Below are positions 29,178 through 39,849 of a DNA stretch of 64,000 nt, piece after piece. The stretch's first letter is position 1. Each line of letters starts with the position of its first letter. The notes under the pieces are model-generated. The model worked only from the letters and a program-made list of their open reading frames with translations. It searched no databases and had not been told where the DNA came from. Location: positions 32,001-96,000 of IMG/VR virus record IMGVR_UViG_3300021400_000138, one strand, 5' to 3'. Source of the stretch: a virus. Lineage: Duplodnaviria > Caudoviricetes. The position numbers and the translations under genes were made by a program.

Positions 29178-29543
29178 ATGAAAATATACGTTATAGAAAA
29201 AGGCAGCTACTCCGACAGACATGTAGTTGGAGTAACTGAAACCAAAGAAGAAGCAGAAGAAATTTGTAAAGCAATAACTGGCAAATATAAATACGAAAAA
29301 GCCTCATATACAGAATATGACACAAAACAATTTCAAATTAATCAAATCAGGTTCCAAATTTCATATCTTTGTAATGAATGGGAAGCCGAATATGATGATT
29401 ATGATTTTTACGAAAAATATAAAGAAAACACGGAAGTATATGAAGACTTTTACATAATCTACGCCAATTCTCCAGACCAGGCAATTAAAATTGCTCAGGA
29501 TATGAGAGCAGAAAAGTTGGCGAAGGATAAAGGATTGATATAA
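29178..29543 (+). CDS. Hypothetical protein (GSYSD family; related to 45180..45638)
   Basis: MKIYVIEKGSYSD versus MKVYIVTSGIYSD. Confidence 0.6.
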   Translation: MKIYVIEKGSYSDRHVVGVTETKEEAEEICKAITGKYKYEKASYTEYDTKQFQINQIRFQISYLCNEWEAEYDDYDFYEKYKENTEVYEDFYIIYANSPDQAIKIAQDMRAEKLAKDKGLI

Positions 29544-29546
29544 ATC

Positions 29547-30014
29547 ATGAACGTATATCTAGCCGTTCCAATAGTGGGCATCGATCAAGATATGAAAATT
29601 GAAAAAGAATGTATAAAAAACATTCTCAGAGAAATTAACATAAACGTATATGATCCATCAGAACCAGGACACGGTGTTCCAAATGCATGGGGCTGCTCAA
29701 TGGATGAGTGGACAAGAGCAATATTCTCGCTTGACGTTGTTGCCATAGATAACTGTGACTGGATGGTTGTATTAGATTACGGAAGACAGTGTACTGCGGG
29801 AACTGCCTGGGAATGCGGATATGCTTTTGGTAAGGGTAAGAAGATACTTATTGTCAAGATGGATGATGATTCTCATTATAGCGTAATGATGCGTGGTTGT
29901 AGTTCAAATTATTGTAAGTTGAAGGATTTTATCAATCCACCTTTGAATATGATTGAATCAAAATTCTTTATAGAACGAGGAAGAGTAAAGACTGACACAA
30001 CAATTTGTGACTGA
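29547..30014 (+). CDS. Nucleoside 2-deoxyribosyltransferase-like protein
   Basis: VYLA, DVVAIDNCD and GTAWECGYA. Confidence 0.85.
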   Translation: MNVYLAVPIVGIDQDMKIEKECIKNILREININVYDPSEPGHGVPNAWGCSMDEWTRAIFSLDVVAIDNCDWMVVLDYGRQCTAGTAWECGYAFGKGKKILIVKMDDDSHYSVMMRGCSSNYCKLKDFINPPLNMIESKFFIERGRVKTDTTICD

Positions 30015-30023
30015 GGAATAAGT

Positions 30024-30494
30024 ATGAAAAAGATGGTAGATAAACATCCAGAGAATCAACATATCGCGAGGCGCAAAGGTTTTAAGCGTCACCAATATCT
30101 TGAAGATCTTGGATATAAACTGGAAGCTTGTGGAACAAATTTTACAGATAATAGAGATCCAAGAAGAAAATACTTTAAAGAATTTAAAGATCTATATGGA
30201 GTTGATCCACGAGAAACATGGGATCTTGATGTAACATTCTTCCAGTGGCTTTATGAAAGAGTAATGGCATATAAAGATAAAGCAGAAGATATTATCAATC
30301 TGAATTATCATAAGATAATAATTCGTGGCAAAACATATACGCAGCTTGCCGCAATGAATATGCTCTTGCGAAATCTACGCTATATTCTCACAAAGGATTG
30401 GATTTGGGATGTTAAAAAAAATAAAAGATATAGAGAAAAAGCAAAACTGGTTATGGAAATTTGGGGCGAACTTCATCCTCATATGTGGTGGTAA
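30024..30494 (+). CDS. Conserved phage hypothetical protein (ETWDLD...MWW)
   Basis: ORF with RBS. Confidence 0.6.
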   Translation: MKKMVDKHPENQHIARRKGFKRHQYLEDLGYKLEACGTNFTDNRDPRRKYFKEFKDLYGVDPRETWDLDVTFFQWLYERVMAYKDKAEDIINLNYHKIIIRGKTYTQLAAMNMLLRNLRYILTKDWIWDVKKNKRYREKAKLVMEIWGELHPHMWW

Positions 30495-30497
30495 TTT

Positions 30498-31655
30498 ATG
30501 AAATCTAAAATACTTGAGTTGATAAAAATAAATCCTGATTGGCAGAAGATTCTGGAAGATAAGAATATCAAAATCAAAATAGATATTGATAATCTGGCGA
30601 TTTTTAACTATGGAATTGACGTTGATCCATTCGATCCATATGTTAAAGAAGCCAGGGGAATCATTATTGATTTAGACAATCTCTCGGTTGTATGCTGGCC
30701 TTTTACTCGATTTTATAACTCGCACGAAGAGGCTGCACAGGAAGATGTGGCGAACTTTGATTGGAATCATTGTCGAGTAGAAAACAAAATTGATGGCAGT
30801 ATTTGTAAGCTCTTCTATCGACCGTATAAGGGTGCATTGGCAATTGATCTTGGAATTGATGGCTACTGGTCATGGGCAACAAATTCATGTATCAATGCTT
30901 TCGATGCACCAATCATGGGATCTAAGAAATCATTTGGCGAGGTTATTGAATCTGCTGTGAATTTCAAAGATATTCCGTTTGATGAGCTTGATAAAGATTG
31001 TACATATATTTTTGAATTGGTTAGTCCATTAACTCAGGTTGTGGTTTCATATCCTTATACAAAGCTTTATCATATAGGAACCAAAAACAATATTACGGGC
31101 GAAGAATACAAGATTAACATCGGGATTGACTGGCCCAAGGTTTATGATCTGCATAGTTTGAAAGATTGTCTGAATTTTGTAGATCATATTAACGACGGTC
31201 TTGATCATGTCGAATGGGAAGGGTTTGTTGCAGTTGATAAAGATTGGCACAGGTTGAAGATAAAAAGCCCCGCATATCTTGAAGCACATTATATATTCGG
31301 GAATGGTAATTGTTCCAAAGAACGATTGTTAAAACTCTTGGATGATTATGGTCTGACTAAGCTGACTAATCTCAATCCAAGCATGTTTGTTCAGTTGAAG
31401 TATTATGATTATCGTAGAACTGAACTGGAATATATTGTATCTCAGTATATATCTTATGTCAGAGGATTATATGAAGAATATAATCACGATAGAAAAGCCG
31501 TAGCTAATCAAATCAAAACTGATAAACTCGCTCCGTTTGGTTTCGCTGCAATTGGAAATGATAAAGCAGCAGAAAAGCTGCTGTTAGATACTCGAAGAAA
31601 AGTTATTGCAGATCTGTTGCCTAATTATGAAAGTAGAGATATGTGGAGGATGTAA
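30498..31655 (+). CDS. RNA ligase, T4 Rnl1-like
   Basis: EARGII, PFTRFYN, KIDGS (motif I), FELVS, EGFV and KIKS. Confidence 0.85.
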   Translation: MKSKILELIKINPDWQKILEDKNIKIKIDIDNLAIFNYGIDVDPFDPYVKEARGIIIDLDNLSVVCWPFTRFYNSHEEAAQEDVANFDWNHCRVENKIDGSICKLFYRPYKGALAIDLGIDGYWSWATNSCINAFDAPIMGSKKSFGEVIESAVNFKDIPFDELDKDCTYIFELVSPLTQVVVSYPYTKLYHIGTKNNITGEEYKINIGIDWPKVYDLHSLKDCLNFVDHINDGLDHVEWEGFVAVDKDWHRLKIKSPAYLEAHYIFGNGNCSKERLLKLLDDYGLTKLTNLNPSMFVQLKYYDYRRTELEYIVSQYISYVRGLYEEYNHDRKAVANQIKTDKLAPFGFAAIGNDKAAEKLLLDTRRKVIADLLPNYESRDMWRM

Positions 31656-31656
31656 T

Positions 31657-32544
31657 ATGTTAAAAGAACCAACACTTGTGCTTTTATGCGGCCTCCCTGG
31701 TTCTGGTAAAAGCAATTATGCTAAATCAATTGCTGGTGATCATCCGGAATATGTTATTCATAGTTCTGATGCTCTGCGCAAAGAAATGTTTGGCGATGAA
31801 AATTGTCAGGATGACGGCGATAAAGTGTTCACTGAACTTCACAGAAGAATAAAAGAAGACCTCCGCAATGGCAAGAGTGTTATCTATGACGCTTGTAATG
31901 TTCATTCCAAAAGGCGCATGGCTTTTCTTCGTGAACTGAAGAACATTAATTGCAGTAAAGAATGTCATATCATTGCTACACCTTATGAGATTTGTCTCCG
32001 CAATAACTGGATGAGAGAGCGGAAGATACCAGACGAAGTTATCTATCGCATGTATACCAACTGGCAGACACCTTGGTATTTTGAGGGATGGGATTACATA
32101 AAGGTCATTAATAATTATATTGATTATCACAGATCTATTTTATATGAGGGCCTCGTATATTATAACCAGGGCAATCCTCATCATACAAAAACCCTTGGTG
32201 TCCATATGCTTGCAGCAAAAGAATATATGCGTAGTCGGGGTGGTGATGAGATCATGATACTTGCTGCTACGTGGCACGATTGCGGGAAGTGTTTTACACG
32301 TTCTGTTGGAGAAGATGGTGTTTGTCATTATTATAATCATCACAACGTTGGAGCATATGATGCATTATCTTTATATGATCTTCCTCTTGAAGTGTCTGCG
32401 TTGATTACATATCATATGGCACCATTCTTCTGGGATGCTGATAAAAATCCCGAAAGATTGCATGATAAATATAGACATCTTTGGGGTGATAGTTTTTATA
32501 ATAAGGTGATGTTGCTCCACGAAGCAGACGTTGCGGCGAGGTAA
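31657..32544 (+). CDS. Polynucleotide kinase (AAA_33) fused to HD phosphoesterase (RNA end-healing)
   Basis: GLPGSGKS, SSDALR, NPHH...H, WHDCGK and ADV. Confidence 0.85.
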   Translation: MLKEPTLVLLCGLPGSGKSNYAKSIAGDHPEYVIHSSDALRKEMFGDENCQDDGDKVFTELHRRIKEDLRNGKSVIYDACNVHSKRRMAFLRELKNINCSKECHIIATPYEICLRNNWMRERKIPDEVIYRMYTNWQTPWYFEGWDYIKVINNYIDYHRSILYEGLVYYNQGNPHHTKTLGVHMLAAKEYMRSRGGDEIMILAATWHDCGKCFTRSVGEDGVCHYYNHHNVGAYDALSLYDLPLEVSALITYHMAPFFWDADKNPERLHDKYRHLWGDSFYNKVMLLHEADVAAR

Positions 32545-32687
32545 ACGTATGGAAGAGAGAAGAATTTGCGAGAATTGTTTGTTTAACGACAAAGTTGATT
32601 ATATGGGCAACGGTTGGTGTGACGAAAAAGAAGATTATGTAAGATGGAGTGATTGTTGTCTGGCTTGGAAAGAAAGGTATAAAAAAG

Positions 32688-32960
32688 ATGAAAACGTATA
32701 AGAAGGTAATTATATTTATAGTTTTGTTTGCGATACTAGCATTTTTTGCAAGGAATGTCCATGGGTTTAACTTCCAATTTTTTGATACAACATGGTATTT
32801 TGATGAGGCACAGATTGCTATGCCAGATGGCAGCGTGATCAGCGGACCTGTTGATACGTGGAAAGATTATGAAGACAGTGATATGGTCCAGGTTGTGATT
32901 AATGATGTAGCGTATTATACACATGGATCTAATGTTGTGCTGATAAAGAAGGGTGAGTAA
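32688..32960 (+). CDS. Small membrane-anchored or secreted protein
   Basis: Signal-like N-terminus. Confidence 0.55.
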   Translation: MKTYKKVIIFIVLFAILAFFARNVHGFNFQFFDTTWYFDEAQIAMPDGSVISGPVDTWKDYEDSDMVQVVINDVAYYTHGSNVVLIKKGE

Positions 32961-34878
32961 TATGTCTTTAGATGAATTAATCAAAGAAATAAATCAGGCA
33001 AAAGAAGACTACTATTCGACAGGTCGGAGTAAATATACTGATCGAGAATATGATCTTATGGTTTCTCAGGCGGAGAAGCTCGGATATATTGAATCTGTGG
33101 GTGCTGCTCCAGTTAAAGAGATTCCGACTATTAAGCATGAACATTTGATGTTATCTTTGGATAAGGTACATACAGCTGAAGAAATAAAGAAGTTTATAAA
33201 AAAAGACTACGTCATGATGTATAAGGCGGATGGGCTTAGTGTGTCGGCAACTTATTTTGATGGTATTCTTACAAGACTGGAAACTCGTGGCAATGGAGAT
33301 ATTGGTAATGATATATTGTTCCATGCCAATTCTTTCGAAAATCTTCCAAAGAAGATTGATAAATCTGGCAAGTATGTAATAGATGGAGAATGTGTAATTC
33401 TATATTCTGATTTCGAGAAGATTAACGAAAACCTTATAGAAAAGTTTAGTAATCCCAGGAACCTTGCGGCTGGATCTCTTAATCAGCTAGATCCAAATGT
33501 TTCAAAGAAACGTCATCTTAGATTTTATGCATGGGATGTAATCGAGGGAGGCGAATCCAGTTCATTATTTGATAATCTGAAAAAAGCTTCTAATCTTGGT
33601 TTTGAAACTGTTAGATATTTAAAAACGAATGATTTTGAAATCGAACATATTAAGAACTTATTGGAAGATTTTCGACTCAGTGCAAAAGAAGAGGGATTTC
33701 CAATTGATGGTGTTGTTATCAAGTATGATTCAATTTCATATAGTAAAACATTAGGAAGAACAGAGAAATTTTTCAGAAACGCTATTGCTTATAAATATGA
33801 GGATGATAGATATCCAACTAAACTTCGCTCAGTAATATTTCAGATGGGGAAGACTGGTCAGCTTACACCAGTTGCGAATTTTGATCCCGTGGAAATCTCA
33901 GGAAGTGTTGTTGAAAAAGCTAGTCTTCACAACATTAGTATTTTAAAGCAGCTTCAATTAACAAATGGATGTACATGTTACATATTTAAAGCGAATGATA
34001 TCATACCACAGATTGATTGTGCTGATCCTGATGGTGATGGAGAAATTGAAATACCAAAGATCTGTCCTGAATGCGGTTCTAAATTAAAAATCATAAAAGA
34101 AAACGATTCGGAAGTTCTCTATTGTACAAATGATACTAATTGTCCAGGCATAATCCTCGGCCTGTGGAAGACATTCGTATCAAAACAAGGTATGGATATT
34201 GATGGACTTTCAGAAGAAACGCTGCGGAAATTTTTGAAACGTGGATATCTTACAAATATGTTCATCAGTATATATGAGTTACACATCTTTAAGGACCAGC
34301 TTTATAAGATGAGTGGCTTTGGCAAGAAATCCATTGATAAACTTCTGGCATCTATAGAAGCAAGTAAATCAGTAGATCTGGTACATTTCCTGACGGCGTT
34401 TTCAATTGAAGGTGTTGGCGTAGGACAATCAAAACTTCTGGCAAAGAGGTTTAAAACATTCGAGGCTTTTGCCCAAGCTTGTGATGACGGGTTTGACTTT
34501 TCTAAAATTAATGGCATTGGACCAGTTCTGAATGCAAATATTCACACCTGGTGGGTTAATAACCATATTCAGATGATTGACGTTGCGGGAGTTGTAAATT
34601 TTGCCTCAGATGAATTTATGAATCCGCCTACTGGAAATTATCCATTGGCCGGGAAAATTTTTGTAATCACAGGAAAAGTTAATCATTTTCCAAATAGAGA
34701 TGCCGTTAAAGAAAAAATCGAGTCACTTGGTGGCAAGGTTACTGGATCTGTTAGTAAGAGTACGGATTATTTGATTAACAATGATAAAACATCAACCTCA
34801 GGAAAGAACAAGAAAGCGCAAGAATTAAATATCCCCGTTATATCTGAAGATGATTTTTTGAAAATGATAGAGGTGTAA
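32953..34878 (+). CDS. ligA: NAD-dependent DNA ligase
   Basis: KADG, TRGNG, NPRNLAAG, Zn finger and BRCT domain. Confidence 0.95.
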   Translation: MSNMSLDELIKEINQAKEDYYSTGRSKYTDREYDLMVSQAEKLGYIESVGAAPVKEIPTIKHEHLMLSLDKVHTAEEIKKFIKKDYVMMYKADGLSVSATYFDGILTRLETRGNGDIGNDILFHANSFENLPKKIDKSGKYVIDGECVILYSDFEKINENLIEKFSNPRNLAAGSLNQLDPNVSKKRHLRFYAWDVIEGGESSSLFDNLKKASNLGFETVRYLKTNDFEIEHIKNLLEDFRLSAKEEGFPIDGVVIKYDSISYSKTLGRTEKFFRNAIAYKYEDDRYPTKLRSVIFQMGKTGQLTPVANFDPVEISGSVVEKASLHNISILKQLQLTNGCTCYIFKANDIIPQIDCADPDGDGEIEIPKICPECGSKLKIIKENDSEVLYCTNDTNCPGIILGLWKTFVSKQGMDIDGLSEETLRKFLKRGYLTNMFISIYELHIFKDQLYKMSGFGKKSIDKLLASIEASKSVDLVHFLTAFSIEGVGVGQSKLLAKRFKTFEAFAQACDDGFDFSKINGIGPVLNANIHTWWVNNHIQMIDVAGVVNFASDEFMNPPTGNYPLAGKIFVITGKVNHFPNRDAVKEKIESLGGKVTGSVSKSTDYLINNDKTSTSGKNKKAQELNIPVISEDDFLKMIEV

Positions 34879-35000
34879 GATGAAGAAATTTTTTAGAAAA
34901 CTAATCCCTCGATTATATTTCTGCCGGGATGTGATCGTTATATACTGGATGGATTATGAATTTATTGTAAAGAAGTAAATATGAATAATAAAAAATTATG

Positions 35001-35029
35001 TTGACACATTATGAAGTGGGTAGTATAAT
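35001..35029 (+). promoter_or_regulatory. Consensus sigma-A promoter driving the accessory gene array
   Basis: TTGACA - 17 nt - TATAAT with A-rich UP element. Confidence 0.85.
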
Positions 35030-35047
35030 GCATGATGTAGAAAAGAG

Positions 35048-35629
35048 GTGATTCATATCAGCGTCTACAGTGGGAAATGTGATCTAAAAGACACATTAGA
35101 TATCTTTGGAGTAAATGAAATTATTAATAAATACAAAATCTATGCACCAAATCAAATATTACCTCTTGAAGTAAATGACCAAGAAGATCTTATCCCCTAT
35201 TATCCCTTTTTAGTATCATCTATGAGCAGTGATAAAGCTCTCGGAGGAACAATACATCTTGCTTCTGAGTCATATGTAGATACAGAAGAGCGTGAACATC
35301 TAACCTGGACACTAAATGATCTTATAAGAATCTGGAAGCGTTGTAAGAGAAAAAAAATCCCATTTGACAAAGAAGAAGCATTATCACAAACAACTTTATT
35401 CACACCTCGCGAACACGAGGAAGAAATTGCAAACAGAGTTGCCGAATTTGGAGATAAGGCCACAATTGATGGCATTCACTTAAAGTTACATGATAGGTAC
35501 CGTCAGGATCTATATGAAGAAATGATAAAAAATGGATGGGATGAATCCAGATCATATATTTGGTGTTTTGGATTTGACAGATGGGTAAAGAGGAATAAGG
35601 AAGAGAAGGATGTTTTGGGTAGTATTTAA
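35048..35629 (+). CDS. Hypothetical protein
   Basis: First gene after the consensus promoter. Confidence 0.65.
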   Translation: MIHISVYSGKCDLKDTLDIFGVNEIINKYKIYAPNQILPLEVNDQEDLIPYYPFLVSSMSSDKALGGTIHLASESYVDTEEREHLTWTLNDLIRIWKRCKRKKIPFDKEEALSQTTLFTPREHEEEIANRVAEFGDKATIDGIHLKLHDRYRQDLYEEMIKNGWDESRSYIWCFGFDRWVKRNKEEKDVLGSI

Positions 35630-36047
35630 TCTGGTAGTTGCAGCTTTTTGTTTTGGCACTTCATATATTTCACATCTTGAAAAAGAAAAAGGTTGTACTA
35701 TATATTTCGCATTAATGGGAATATTTAATATGTTGGTATCATATTTAAATTTCTGGAGGTTAAGATGAGTTACAAGCTTAAAGAAATTTTAGAATATCTT
35801 GATGAGTCGGAATCTCCGGATGAATTGGAGATCCAGTATAGAACAAGAGTTGAAACTGAAGATGAAGTGCAGGACATTTTTGCTGGATCATGTAGATATG
35901 ACTTTGAAACTGGGCAGCTGATATCTGAAGACGGCGATAATTATTCATTAAATGATAGGATTGTAGATTATGTTTATGAATATTATGATCCGGAAGATGA
36001 AGATGCTGGCGTATATTTGATTGTCTGGTATGAAAGTGGGGATGTAA

Positions 36048-36230
36048 ATGTTTAAATACGGAATGCGACTCCGTGGATTTGCTCCTGGTTGTCAACCGTT
36101 GATTGGATTCGTTAGGCGCGAAGATGATCCGCTTGGAAAATACTATGACATTTTGGTATATAGCAGACCTCTCAATGATCACGAACAAGATGGTTATGAA
36201 TTGGATTATCTTGGAGAAGTAAAAGAATGA
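36048..36230 (+). CDS. DarA C-terminal-like small protein
   Basis: YGMRLRGFAPGCQP...ILVYSRPL...YEL pattern, recognised from memory. Confidence 0.5.
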   Translation: MFKYGMRLRGFAPGCQPLIGFVRREDDPLGKYYDILVYSRPLNDHEQDGYELDYLGEVKE

Positions 36231-38941
36231 AAAAAGTAATTACGATAATTTTGGTAATATTAATTGCATTGGCTATTAGCTTCTTCAGTACTGCGGGACT
36301 TATTAAACTTGCATGCTGGGCTTTTGGTTATACATTTTCGTGGAAACTATCTGTTGGAATATGGGTTGTGTTGTGGCTGTTAGGATCTTTTTTTAAATCT
36401 TCGAAATGAGGCAAGATACATGACAAATCAGGAAGCAACAGAAATTCTTAAACGACTTCAGGAACCAGAAGTATGGGAACCGCAAATAACAGATAAGACG
36501 TTTGATGCACTTGGTATGGGGATTGATAGTCTTCATAAAAATATAAAACTTTTAGATTATGTTAAGAGAAAATGTTATGAAATTTTAGCTGAGAAGCATT
36601 ATTATGAATCCATAAAACATAATTTCATTTACCAGGCTGATAAGATAAAAAATGGAAGTATTATTAGAACAAGTAATATTTATGAAGAGGCTGTAAACTT
36701 AAAAGTAGAACAAGAAAAATTGGATGTTCTGATATACGATATTTCGCAACTGTGTCATATTCTCGGTGGCGAATATCTGAAAATGTGGGAAGAGATTGTT
36801 CAGGGGCAATGAATAGATATGAATCAATCTAATTTAAAATTAATCATGAGTGCGAGGGAATATATGAATCAAAAAGAAGAGAAGAATCCACGTCAAATAT
36901 TTATTGACTGGGCAGAGAATGTAAGACAATATGCAACAAAAGGTAATTATGCGCTGAAACAAGATAATGAATCTAAATCCAAATCCATAGATACTGCATC
37001 AGATTATTTCAATTCGATAATTGGTGCCTGTGATACAATGCTAACCATTTTAAAAAGTGGTATTTAATATGAATAATAAAGAATGTTGTAAAAACTGTAA
37101 GTATCATTTAAAGCTGCTGAAATGGGATTATTCTCATGGTGGATGCGAACATTCTGAATATGATGGATTTGCTTGTATTGCATTGGCTAATGAAGGAGTA
37201 GTAATACATCAAGTACATTCGGATAATGCATTTGCCGAGGAGAATGATTATTGTGAGATGTTTACTCTGAAGGAGAAGGCAATATGAGGATATTAAATAC
37301 GGCAAGACAGCTTTTGTTTATAGAAGAAGATATGCGGAGGAAGGATCCCGAAAAAGAGTTCGACATATATATGTTTGAACAAACCTGGGGATCCACGGCA
37401 TTAGGATTTGGCGAAATGGGTGGACAAGCAATAACTGGTGAGACAACGTTCGTGTTGATTCCGTATGACAGAGAAATAGCTTATGTATTCTTCGGTGCAA
37501 ACTTTGCGTACAAGATTGAAGGATATAATGATCTGTTTAAAGAAGATTTGCGGAAGCATCGCATGGCAAGTGTTCGCGAGAGTGGAAAGTATAGAAGAAA
37601 CAGAGAATAAAATTTTGGTTTTACCAATTTGTATAAGGAATTAATTCATGAGCAAACATAAGCATAAAGGTCGATTAATCGATCATCTCTGGACATTTAT
37701 CAAATACAAACATGACGAAGCTATCTATGCACGTTGTAGTTGTGGATTTGTATATTCCTGTTATAAGCATGTTGATGAACTAGGCTTAAAAATAGTTATT
37801 GCTCCAGAAAAGCCATATCCATATTGTCCATGGTGTGGTGCAAGAAAGAAAAGATATGATGAAGAAGTGAAGAGAGTGGATTATTCTTGGTGGGAGAAAT
37901 GACATGCCAGAAAAATTTAGCATTATAAGAAACATTGATATCGAAGTTTTAGAGCGTAAGCTGGATGCCTGGAATATTACTCATGATTATTTTCCAATTA
38001 TATTGATATCAGTAGATACATTTAAAGATCTTCCTCCTTTCATGAGTGAGGATGTAATTATTAGTACTGAATATAATTACATATATCATGGATTCAAGGT
38101 ATTTATTGATCCAGAAAAGACATATGGAGATGTTGAGTTAAGATGAATATTGAAGCAAGATGGTCAGGATCATATCCAACTTTATGTTTTGGACATTGGA
38201 CATTGCTGATCGATGGAGAAGATGTATCAGAAAAAATTCCAGAAGATGTTCGTAAAAGCCCGATGAATACCTTCGGAATCTATCAGGATTGGCATTTTGA
38301 AAACTGGATGGAAGTTTTCGAAAATTATGCCGATGGATTACTTTGCGATGAGTGGATTGAAGAAAATGATTATTGGCTGAAAGATATAACCGATGATTAT
38401 AGTGTTAAAGAAGAAATCTATGATGCTTTTAATTCAGAGGATTTTCGATATGGAAGCTGCGGTGGATGTATATAAGGGGTTATAAAATATGAAAGAAAAA
38501 ATTTCAGAATTGTTGTATCAACAACTCGGCGGAATTTATTGCGATAGCTGCGAGTATCAAGATAATGAAGATTATTGCGAGGGATGCCATCGTAAGTATA
38601 TGAAATGGGCGATTAGCAAAAATGCTACTGATGGATTGGCGGAAGCAATTATGGAGATAGTTAACGAATGAAATTACATACACGTTGGAAAAGAAAATAC
38701 CCGAACATAATCGGCAAACGATTCTTTGATGGCGGTGAATACGGTCTAGGATATTTTACGGTGCTTAAGGCTTGGAAATGCAAAGAGTATTGTAAATCCG
38801 CATTCGCTCCAGATGGTACACGTTGGTTTGATAAAGAGATGATTCTGATTAAAACAGATACGGGATTAAAGTACAAAGTTCCGTTTTGTCCCTGGGCAAA
38901 AATAACCGATGAAGATGGCAAATGGTGGAGTAAATACTTTA

Positions 38942-39406
38942 ATGAAAAACCTTGGTAAAGAATATATCCATTACGGACATACTTTATTTGATCAGGACAT
39001 ATTCCAGCCAGTAAAAAATCAGGAATGGGGTGCCGCAAAACCGTTAGGTGGCTTTTGGGCATCTCCAGTAGATGCAGAAAGAAGTTGGAAGAATTGGTGT
39101 GAAGATGAAGAGTTTCGTCTGGAAAATTTGAATACCAGTTTCAGATTTCATCTTAAAGATGATGCTAGAGTATTTCACATCTATAGATCAGATCAACTTC
39201 AGCAGCTTCCAGAACTTGATACAATTATTAAAGTAACCTGGTATTGTATAGACTTTGAAAAAGCCGCCGAAAATTGGGATGCTATTGAACTTCATTTATC
39301 TGAGGAGATTTGCGATGATTACTTGGAAAGCTTATACTTTCGCCTTTATGGTTGGGATTGCGATTCTATATTGATTATGAATCCGGAGATTATATATAAT
39401 GTTTAA
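38942..39406 (+). CDS. Conserved phage hypothetical protein (KPLGGFWAS...YGWDCDS)
   Basis: ORF overlapping the previous gene's end. Confidence 0.6.
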   Translation: MKNLGKEYIHYGHTLFDQDIFQPVKNQEWGAAKPLGGFWASPVDAERSWKNWCEDEEFRLENLNTSFRFHLKDDARVFHIYRSDQLQQLPELDTIIKVTWYCIDFEKAAENWDAIELHLSEEICDDYLESLYFRLYGWDCDSILIMNPEIIYNV

Positions 39407-39582
39407 TTTTGATGATCGTGAAATGGAAATTATAAATTATACAATGGAGTTACTTAATGGATTTTTGCTTAGGTTCAGTGAATTGGAAGAAAGAGTGTCG
39501 TCCTTAGAAAAAATGTTGAATATTGAAAAAGTTAAAGGCACAAGTCTTGAAAATCAGTTTATTCAAAATGAAGGAGTTCATC

Positions 39583-39849
39583 ATGACACATGAACTTAAG
39601 GTTTTGCCAGAATATTTTGAGGCTTTGGTTAATGGAAGTAAAACATTCGAGATTAGAAAAAATGATCGAAACTTTCAGGTTGGTGATTGGCTATTATTAA
39701 AAGAATGGAATCCAGAAACTGAAGAATATACTGGTTATTCTGTTCTGCGCTATGTAAGTTATATTCTTTATGATTGGCAAGCTGGACTGAAAGATGGTTA
39801 TTGTATTATGGGATTAAAACATGGTGCGCCAACGGCAACACTTGATTGA
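39583..39849 (+). CDS. ASCH/DUF3850 protein
   Basis: HELKVLPEYF...GSKTFEIRKNDRNFQVGD. Confidence 0.85.
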   Translation: MTHELKVLPEYFEALVNGSKTFEIRKNDRNFQVGDWLLLKEWNPETEEYTGYSVLRYVSYILYDWQAGLKDGYCIMGLKHGAPTATLD

